From NCBI GenBank assembly GCA_041651035.1, contig JBAZKC010000002.1, forward strand, positions 201,046-265,045: a DNA stretch of 64,000 nt, given 5' to 3'. The number at the start of each line of letters is the position of its first letter. Positions within the stretch are counted from its first letter, which is position 1. Shown here piece after piece: positions 57,394 through 64,000 of the stretch. The notes below the pieces were generated by a model. The model worked only from the letters and a program-made list of their open reading frames with translations, did no database searches and had not been told where the DNA came from. The translations under genes were made by a program, and so were the position numbers. Source of the DNA: Candidatus Omnitrophota bacterium. Lineage in GTDB: Bacteria; Omnitrophota; Gorgyraeia; Gygaellales; Profunditerraquicolaceae.

Positions 57394-60135
57394 TCAAACT
57401 CGTTTCCTTTTTAAGAGATAATCACGAACCTTCTTCTCGATTTCTATAACAATGTGAATCAATAAACCTATCAAGAAAATCCTAACCCAAGCATCCAGCG
57501 AAATCGGCGCACTATGAAAAAAGCGGTTCATGGCGGGGGAATAAGTAAAGAAAACCTGTAAGCCTATCATAATCAAAACCCCGGAAATAAGCCACCGGTT
57601 AGAAAATACCCCCAGCGCAAACATTGACTTCGACAACGAACGGCAATTAAGAAGATAGAGCAGCTCCCCTATAACCAAAACACCAACAGCCGCTGTTCGA
57701 GCCTCTTCAATACTTAATCCCCTATTCCTTTCGTAGAAAAATGATCCAAAAACTCCCAAAGCTAAAAGTACGCCCACGATGATTGTGCGCGCAACAAGCT
57801 CACCCGTCATAATCGGTATCTTAGGGTCACGTGGCGGCCGCTGCATCAAATCGGGCTCCTTAGACTCAAAGGCTAGCATCATACCTAAGCATAGAGCGGT
57901 AGTCATGTTTATCCAGAGCAATTGAACAGGAGCTACCGGCAGCACCATTCCGCCAAAAATAGCGACCATGATAGCAAGGGCTTCCCCCAAATTTGTCGGT
58001 AGGGTCCAAACAATAAACTTCTTCAAGTTATCAAAGACGCAGCGCCCTTCTTCTATCGCAGCCTCAATGGAAGCGAAATTATCATCGGTTAAAACCATAT
58101 CCGCCGCCTCTTTTGCGACCTCTGTACCTGTGCGCCCCATAGCAATACCTATATTAGCTTGTTTAAGCGCCGGAGCATCATTCACACCATCTCCGGTCAT
58201 CGCCACAATATAGCCTCTTGTTTGGATCGCTTTAACAAGCCGTAACTTTTGTTCCGGCGTCACACGAGCAAAGACGCTAACCCGATCAACGGATTTCTGT
58301 AAATCTTCGTCATTCATAGTCTCAAGATCGCTTCCGCTTAACGCTGCCAAACCTTTAGCTGGATCTCCGGACCCAAGCCGACTTTTAAGGTTTAATTGCT
58401 CAGCAATAGCTTTAGCCGTCAATACATGGTCTCCGGTTATCATCTTAACCAATATCCCGGCCGAATGACAACGCCGCACAGCATCAATCGCTTCTTCCCG
58501 TGGAGGATCTATCATGCCTTGTAATCCTAAGAATGTCAGAGATTCAGTAATATCACCGTGATCAATCCTGTCTTTCTGCGAAGAAATACTGCCGCGGGCA
58601 AAAGCAAGCACTCTAAGCCCTTTTGCCGCCATAATTTCAACCTGATGCCCAATAATAGCGCGTTTCAAAGGACGGATATCTCCATTTTCATCCAGATAAT
58701 CAACGCATTTGGCTAAAACTTTTTCTACAGAGCCTTTTAAATAAACAACCCCATCTCCATCAGGTAAAATATGAAAGGTCGCCATATATTGATATTCCGA
58801 TTCAAACGGAATAGAATCTTTGCGGGGCAGCTGGGGCATGCCTCCGGCAAATAAACTCTTTGCCTTATTCGCGGATACAATAAGGGCCGCTTCTGTCGGG
58901 TCACCTTCCACTTGAAATAATCCTTCTTTCTCCACGATCCTGCTATCATTGCATAAGAAGCCGGCTGTCAAACATTCTTTAAGAGCCATAGAAGATATTG
59001 CCCCGGACTTACGCGAAGGATCTTGAATAGAACCCTCAAAACCATATCCCACCCCTGAAACATTGTATATATGACCGTCGGCAAATATCTCCTGCACAGT
59101 CATTTGATTTTCGGTAAGCGTTCCGGTTTTATCAGAACAAATAACCCCGGTACTGCCTAGCGTCTCCACTGCCGGCAGCTTTCGAATGATAGCGCGGCGC
59201 TTAGCCATTCTTGCCACGCCTATCGCGAGTGTTATCGTTACAGCCGCGGGTAATCCTTCAGGTATCGCCCCTACCGCGAGCGCGATCGCGGTCATAAACA
59301 TTTCCGCGGCAGATTCACCCCTCATTACACCCACAACGAAAGCAATTACGGACAAGCCCATTATAACGTATAAAAGGTACCGGCTAAAGTGGGCTATTTT
59401 AATCGTAAGAGGCGTTTCTAAATCCTCAGCGGTAGTGATTAACTCAGAGATTCTACCGACCTCAGTGGCGTCTCCTGTGGCGATAACAATAGCCTTTCCT
59501 CTGCCATAGGTAACAAAAGTAGAGGCGTAAAGCATATTTAACCGATCTGCCAAAACAGTTTTAGCATCGATAGCGTCAATTTGCTTCCCAACCGGCACAG
59601 ACTCACCCGTAAGAGGAGACTCATTGACTTGCAGGTCCCGGATATTGATAAGGCGCATATCGGCGGATATCTTATCACCGGAAGCGATCATGACCACATC
59701 CCCGGGGACCAATTCGGTAGATGAAATATGCTGTTCCTTGCCGTCTCTGAATACAGAGACAGAAGAAGTCATTGAACGGGAAAGGGCCTCCAGGGCTTTT
59801 AAAGCCTTGGTTTCCTGCAAGAAACCGACGATAGCATTAATAAAAACTACTCCAAAAATTACCGAGGCATCAACCCATTCTTTTAAGAATAGAGTAGTCG
59901 CGGTCGCCGCCAGAAGGATATATACAAGAGGCTGATTAAACTGCGATAAAAACCGTAGCCACAGGGGCGTGCCCTTCTTAGGAGTGATCTGATTTAATCC
60001 AAAACGCTCCCTGCGTTTCTTGACCTCGTCCGAGGATAGGCCTGCAGAAACATCTACTTCCAGCCGCTTGATAACTTCATCGGCAGGCAACGCATGCCAA
60101 AATTCTTTAGTAAAATCCAGTATTTCTTCAGGCAT
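57394..60135 (-). CDS. Cation-transporting P-type ATPase (P2-type, Ca2+/Mg2+ family)
   Basis: 913 aa. DKTGTLT phosphorylation motif, [16 protein letters not shown], and 10 predicted TM helices. Confidence 0.9.
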   Translation of the reverse strand: MPEEILDFTKEFWHALPADEVIKRLEVDVSAGLSSDEVKKRRERFGLNQITPKKGTPLWLRFLSQFNQPLVYILLAATATTLFLKEWVDASVIFGVVFINAIVGFLQETKALKALEALSRSMTSSVSVFRDGKEQHISSTELVPGDVVMIASGDKISADMRLINIRDLQVNESPLTGESVPVGKQIDAIDAKTVLADRLNMLYASTFVTYGRGKAIVIATGDATEVGRISELITTAEDLETPLTIKIAHFSRYLLYVIMGLSVIAFVVGVMRGESAAEMFMTAIALAVGAIPEGLPAAVTITLAIGVARMAKRRAIIRKLPAVETLGSTGVICSDKTGTLTENQMTVQEIFADGHIYNVSGVGYGFEGSIQDPSRKSGAISSMALKECLTAGFLCNDSRIVEKEGLFQVEGDPTEAALIVSANKAKSLFAGGMPQLPRKDSIPFESEYQYMATFHILPDGDGVVYLKGSVEKVLAKCVDYLDENGDIRPLKRAIIGHQVEIMAAKGLRVLAFARGSISSQKDRIDHGDITESLTFLGLQGMIDPPREEAIDAVRRCHSAGILVKMITGDHVLTAKAIAEQLNLKSRLGSGDPAKGLAALSGSDLETMNDEDLQKSVDRVSVFARVTPEQKLRLVKAIQTRGYIVAMTGDGVNDAPALKQANIGIAMGRTGTEVAKEAADMVLTDDNFASIEAAIEEGRCVFDNLKKFIVWTLPTNLGEALAIMVAIFGGMVLPVAPVQLLWINMTTALCLGMMLAFESKEPDLMQRPPRDPKIPIMTGELVARTIIVGVLLALGVFGSFFYERNRGLSIEEARTAAVGVLVIGELLYLLNCRSLSKSMFALGVFSNRWLISGVLIMIGLQVFFTYSPAMNRFFHSAPISLDAWVRIFLIGLLIHIVIEIEKKVRDYLLKRKRV

Positions 60136-61150
60136 GGCTCTGTTTCCTTAAATATTCCTCAGTAAACTTTATTATATTGTTCATCATGATAACCGTTTCA
60201 ACAGGGTATTTACCTACGGCTGATTCTGCCGAAAGCATGACAAAATCAGTGCCGTCTATGATGGCGTTAGCTACATCAGTTACCTCAGCACGCGTAGGCC
60301 TAAGGTTCTCGGTCATACTCTCAAGCATCTGCGTTGCGGTAATGACAAATTTACCCGCACGGTTACATTTTTTTATGATCATCTTCTGAATAACGGGGAT
60401 TTCATAGATTGGTAGCGATACCCCCATATCCCCGCGCGCTACCATAATGCCATCAGCGGCTTTGATTATTTCATCGATATTCTTTATGCCTTCCCTGCTC
60501 TCTATCTTGGCAATAATCCTGCATTTTGAGCCCGGTTTAAGCAATTTTCTTATATCTAAAATATCATTCTTGGCACGTACAAATGACTGAGCGACATATT
60601 CCACGCCGTGCTTTTCGCAGAAAGATATATCCTGCATATCCTTCTGGCTTATGCCGCCGAATTCAAGCCTTGCTTCTGGGATATTCACGCCCTTATGCCC
60701 TTTAAGCAAGCCGCCGGCTATTACCTTGGCCTTAAGTCTGTTTTTAGTCCTGCCGGTAACTTCCAAGGCAATATTTCCGTCATCTATGAATATCTGGTGG
60801 CCGTTCTTAATGCTGCGTAGCGGGCCTTGATAATCAAAAGGTATCTTGGCATGAGAGCCTTTTATGTCTTCCCGGGTAAGCCAAACTACCTGGCGCTTTT
60901 TAAGTTCTAGCGGAGCGGCGAGCCCGCCTATTCTTATCCGATGGCCCCGGAGATCACCAAGAAGCTTTATGCGCCTGCGGTATTTCGCGTTTAAAAACCG
61001 GATAAAGCCTATCCTATTAAACAATTCCTGCGGTTTAGCGTGGGAAAAATTCAAGCGGGCAACATCCATACCGCTACGCATCATTTTCCTGAGGACCGTC
61101 TCGCTTGACGATACCGGACCGAGCGTACAGATTATCTTAGTCTTAACCAT
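60128..61150 (-). CDS. pyk: Pyruvate kinase, A+B domains only (no C-terminal regulatory domain)
   Basis: 340 aa. [28 protein letters not shown], and the terminal A-domain region [18 protein letters not shown]. The ORF ends soon after. It overlaps the P-type ATPase start by 8 nt. Confidence 0.8.
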   Translation of the reverse strand: MVKTKIICTLGPVSSSETVLRKMMRSGMDVARLNFSHAKPQELFNRIGFIRFLNAKYRRRIKLLGDLRGHRIRIGGLAAPLELKKRQVVWLTREDIKGSHAKIPFDYQGPLRSIKNGHQIFIDDGNIALEVTGRTKNRLKAKVIAGGLLKGHKGVNIPEARLEFGGISQKDMQDISFCEKHGVEYVAQSFVRAKNDILDIRKLLKPGSKCRIIAKIESREGIKNIDEIIKAADGIMVARGDMGVSLPIYEIPVIQKMIIKKCNRAGKFVITATQMLESMTENLRPTRAEVTDVANAIIDGTDFVMLSAESAVGKYPVETVIMMNNIIKFTEEYLRKQSHA

Positions 61151-61177
61151 AGAATTCCTTCACTATGCCTAGCTTTT

Positions 61178-62872
61178 TTATAAATAAGCATTTAGCACAT
61201 ACTCCTGAACCATTCTCTGGGTATTAAAAAATGAGGCGTTCAGGGCAATTGCATGCCGCATTATCTCAATCCACTTATTTTTATCTTTATAAAACATAGG
61301 AATTATTATCCCCTCTAATTTTTGATATAAATCGCGGGCGTCTTGGGCGCTATCGGTATTCTTCTTGTTCGCCGGCCCAATCGCCCAACCAGTTACATTT
61401 TCAATACATCCTTCTATCCACCAGCCATCCAGGACGCTTAGATTCGGTACGCCGTTAAGGCAGGCCTTCATCCCGCTTGTGCCAGAGGCCTCTCGCGGAG
61501 GAAGGGGATTATTCAGCCAAAGGTCAACGCCGCTAGTAATTAATTTCCCTTGCGTCATATCGTAATTCTCTAAGTATGCAATTTTGATTTTTGGGCTTAA
61601 TTCTTTAATCCTTGAAAATATATTTTTTATCAGCTCTTTTCCTCCGCCATCCTTAGGATGCGCCTTTCCCGCATAAACGATTTGTATCCTGCCTGCCTTA
61701 TCATTAATTTCAGCTAAACGCTTTATATCAGTTAATAAAAGGTCTGCTCTTTTGTAAGGCGTAACGCGCCGGGCAAACCCTATAGTAAAGATATCGTAGT
61801 CCATCCCGATGCCCGTTTGGCTATTTACATAATCAATAAGTTCTTTTTTTGCCTCCCTGTGCGCCTCCAATATTTCCTCTTTGGGGATACTTAAGGCATA
61901 ACGTAAGGAAAAATAATCTGATTGCCAACCGGGGATATATTTATCGTAAAGCCTTTTGAACGCAGTAGCCGCCCAGGTTAACAAATGAATACCGTTGGTG
62001 ATAGAATCTATGATGTAACCAGGAAACATCTCCCGCGTCACCTCGCCGTGTTTCTTGGCTACCCCATTGACATATTTACTCAAATTCAAAGCAATCAGGG
62101 TCATATTCATTTCATTATCCCGGATAAATATATCAGACATTTCAAAAGGCAAGTTGCTGCGTAGAGCTCTTTTTACAAAATCAAGAGGAAAGCGGTCATG
62201 CCCGGCAGCTACAGGAGTATGCGTGGTGAAGATGCATTGATTTCTTACGGATTCAAGGTCATATTTTTTATAAATATCTTCTTCGCCGTCTTTTTTTGTC
62301 CTCCCTAATAATTCCAGAGCCAAGAGGCTGGCATGGCCTTCGTTCATATGGTATTTTTCGATATTTTGATAGCCAATAGCTCCAATCGCCCTCAATCCCC
62401 CTATTCCAAGGATTATCTCCTGACAAAGGCGATACCACTGATCGCCTCCGTAAAGAAAGCTGGTCAGGCTGCGGTCGTATTCAGTGTTTTCAGTAAGGCC
62501 AGTGTCCAGAAAATAAACCGGCACAATCGCGCCGGTAACGCCCTTTACAATATACTCCCAAACCTGAATTTTGACTTCCCTTGCTTCAATATTTACGCTT
62601 ACTTTTATCGGCAAAAGAGTTAAAAATTTCTCTTTTAGCCATTCCACAGGAATTTCTGCCTGGCTTCCTTCTCCATCCAGCTTTTGCGCAAAATAACCTT
62701 TTTCATTAAGCATGGTTACGGCGATAAGTGGTACGCCTAAATCCGCGCAGGATTTTATAGTATCTCCTGCTAGAACCCCTAATCCGCCGCTATAGGTAGG
62801 CATTTTAGAATCAAGGCCTACTTCCATTGTAAAATAGGCAATTTTTCTTTTCCCTATCTCTTGTTTATCCAT
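61178..62872 (-). CDS. glgP: Alpha-glucan phosphorylase (GT35, short maltodextrin/glycogen phosphorylase type)
   Basis: 564 aa. GGLGVLAGD motif and the pyridoxal-phosphate Lys region (NGVAKKHGEVTREMFP). Confidence 0.85.
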   Translation of the reverse strand: MDKQEIGKRKIAYFTMEVGLDSKMPTYSGGLGVLAGDTIKSCADLGVPLIAVTMLNEKGYFAQKLDGEGSQAEIPVEWLKEKFLTLLPIKVSVNIEAREVKIQVWEYIVKGVTGAIVPVYFLDTGLTENTEYDRSLTSFLYGGDQWYRLCQEIILGIGGLRAIGAIGYQNIEKYHMNEGHASLLALELLGRTKKDGEEDIYKKYDLESVRNQCIFTTHTPVAAGHDRFPLDFVKRALRSNLPFEMSDIFIRDNEMNMTLIALNLSKYVNGVAKKHGEVTREMFPGYIIDSITNGIHLLTWAATAFKRLYDKYIPGWQSDYFSLRYALSIPKEEILEAHREAKKELIDYVNSQTGIGMDYDIFTIGFARRVTPYKRADLLLTDIKRLAEINDKAGRIQIVYAGKAHPKDGGGKELIKNIFSRIKELSPKIKIAYLENYDMTQGKLITSGVDLWLNNPLPPREASGTSGMKACLNGVPNLSVLDGWWIEGCIENVTGWAIGPANKKNTDSAQDARDLYQKLEGIIIPMFYKDKNKWIEIMRHAIALNASFFNTQRMVQEYVLNAYL

Positions 62873-63056
62873 AGATTTATTACGCTTTAACCTTGCTTAT
62901 TTTAGGGGGCAAGTAAATGCTTCTTTTACGTGCCTCCTGCTCTAATTGCCTAAGCGCTAAGCCTTAGGACCCATTCGCTTCCACGCCAACCTTGGTAAAA
63001 TTAAATCGCCGTGCATACGCCAGTATACCACATCTCCTAAGAAACACGATAGATAA

Positions 63057-63092
63057 AAAAACACCGATAAGTTACCCTATCGGTGTTTCGTT
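63057..63092 (-). terminator. Rho-independent terminator for the minus-strand membrane-protein gene
   Basis: Perfect 11-bp inverted repeat AAACACCGATA-agttaccc-TATCGGTGTTT, followed on the minus strand by T7. A second perfect 12-bp hairpin (GTACCTCATTGT tcca ACAATGAGGTAC, 63095-63122) lies immediately adjacent. Confidence 0.65.
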
Positions 63093-63269
63093 GTACCTCA
63101 TTGTTCCACAATGAGGTACCATGTTTAAGGGTCCCTCTCGTATTTCATAAGGGGAAACCTCTCTAAATTTAATAGACTAATTATAGGCTCAATACCTTGA
63201 TATATCAATAATATTCTGGTTGATATATAATCAATTAGCGATGTCCACCTGCGAGGATAGACACTTTTT

Positions 63270-63677
63270 TTAGGGGGTGAAAGGACAAGATGCTAACCCA
63301 TACCCTTTGACTGTCAGAAGTATGCCAAGGGCTAAGAGTATTACTAACTCAATCGTCAATAAAGCTGTCTTTTTCTGGTAAGATTGAGTAAGTTTGGCTA
63401 CTGTATTCGGGAAAAGGATTAACCAGGTGCCTTTAATAATCGCAAGCCAACCAAAGATAGTAATGATTACCTGCCAATCAGCTATCCATAGATTGTGAGA
63501 TAATACTACCAGAATGCCAACGAGAAACGCAAATACCCCGCCCAGATAAATCAGGGCAGAGTTTTTACAGAAATCCTCTACAACCTTCTGATAGCTTTTC
63601 AGGTTAAACAAAAATGCCAGCGCAACGATGATGCAGTATGGGCCAAGAATCTTAGCCAGAAACACCGAGTTTTCCAT
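63270..63677 (-). CDS. Hypothetical integral membrane protein
   Basis: Start placed at MENSV (ATG 63677-63675) with RBS AAAGGAGGGG. About 4 TM helices. The longer ORF reaching 63752 overlaps the upstream gene's 3' end. Confidence 0.5.
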   Translation of the reverse strand: MENSVFLAKILGPYCIIVALAFLFNLKSYQKVVEDFCKNSALIYLGGVFAFLVGILVVLSHNLWIADWQVIITIFGWLAIIKGTWLILFPNTVAKLTQSYQKKTALLTIELVILLALGILLTVKGYGLASCPFTP

Positions 63678-63691
63678 ATACCCCTCCTTTT

Positions 63692-64000
63692 TTATGTTTT
63701 TCTTCGCTGCAATACCAAAAGCGCGGTTAGATAAACAAGCAGGCCTAAGCAAAAAGCAATTAATAAATAACCTGCTATAACCGGCAGGATAATCTTTAAA
63801 ATGCCTGTTTTAAAGAGGCTTAACCAGCTAAAACTCGATAAAAAAGATGCCCAATCTTGTTGCAACTTCTGCCAGCTTACCCCAAATAGAGCTGAACCGA
63901 GCTTAATTGCCAGAAGGAAAGTTACAAAACTTAGCCAGGTGTTGGTAAGTAAGCTTCCCAGAAGCGCGCTGGCGCGGTTTGCCCGCAGTAAAAATGCCAG
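63692..64000 (-). CDS. Partial membrane protein (C-terminal part; start beyond the window edge)
   Basis: Minus-strand frame open to the window end, terminating ...FCLGLLVYLTALLVLQRRKT* with the stop at 63694-63692. Hydrophobic segments. Not in the ORF track because there is no in-window Met start. Confidence 0.35.
   Translation of the reverse strand: MAFLLRANRASALLGSLLTNTWLSFVTFLLAIKLGSALFGVSWQKLQQDWASFLSSFSWLSLFKTGILKIILPVIAGYLLIAFCLGLLVYLTALLVLQRRKT

Noticed and set aside
63678-63752. Longer start (MLRPACLSNRAF...) for the 63270..63752 minus-strand ORF
   Set aside because: The extra 25 codons overlap the 3' end of the upstream partial gene in another frame. A strong RBS (AAAGGAGGGG) precedes the internal ATG at 63677.
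1-64000. Search for rRNA genes, IS elements/transposases, integrases, prophage genes, toxin-antitoxin pairs and cas genes
   Set aside because: None of the 60+ ORFs has transposase (DDE), integrase, phage structural or Cas motifs. Only one tRNA was found. The window appears to be core chromosome apart from the small palindromic elements and one AT-rich glycosyltransferase patch.

Overview
This 64-kb window looks like a housekeeping stretch of a bacterial chromosome, probably from an anaerobe. Genes run almost entirely on the + strand up to about 53.7 kb, then on the - strand. I assigned genes from motif-level reading of the supplied ORF translations, and intergenic signals by eye.

Genes recognised on the + strand: the 3' end of aspartokinase, a citramalate/isopropylmalate-synthase-like gene, valS, nadC, uvrB, coaX, groES-groEL with a textbook CIRCE operator, a guaB-like gene, guaA, dnaE, hup, hisS, a short aspS, a LysM lipoprotein, the phoH / 7TM-HD / ybeY / recO block, panE, polX, apbE, nfnA with mgtE inserted before nfnB, panB, glyQS, ppdK, a sigma-70 family factor, apt, tRNA-Arg(CCT), a PHP phosphoesterase, a porin-like outer-membrane protein, a GH57 enzyme, a cluster of small proteins, an SDR epimerase and a DUF134 protein. 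On the - strand: a radical-SAM protein, a GT4 glycosyltransferase, mscS, a P-type ATPase, a pyruvate kinase lacking its C-domain, an alpha-glucan phosphorylase and two membrane proteins.

Three things stand out:
1. A 1,833-aa signal-peptide-bearing protein (11113..16614) contains a complete phosphoglycerate kinase domain followed by a complete GAPDH domain with intact catalytic motifs, flanked by about 400 aa and about 680 aa of unrecognisable sequence.
2. A ParA/MinD-type ATPase is fused to an AMPK-beta-type glycogen-binding domain (CBM48). It sits beside a membrane-anchored CBM-like protein and a GH57 enzyme, with an alpha-glucan phosphorylase about 10 kb downstream on the - strand (61178..62872). 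This may be a glycogen-granule positioning system.
3. A family of small nested palindromic elements (GGGACACCC..GGGTGTCCC hairpins and the 20-bp palindrome CCTGCCTGCCGGCAGGCAGG) has inserted in-frame into valS, supplies the C-terminal peptides of UvrB and NfnB, and sits at the hup RBS. This resembles the Rickettsia palindromic elements.

No CRISPR array, rRNA or obvious IS/transposase was seen.
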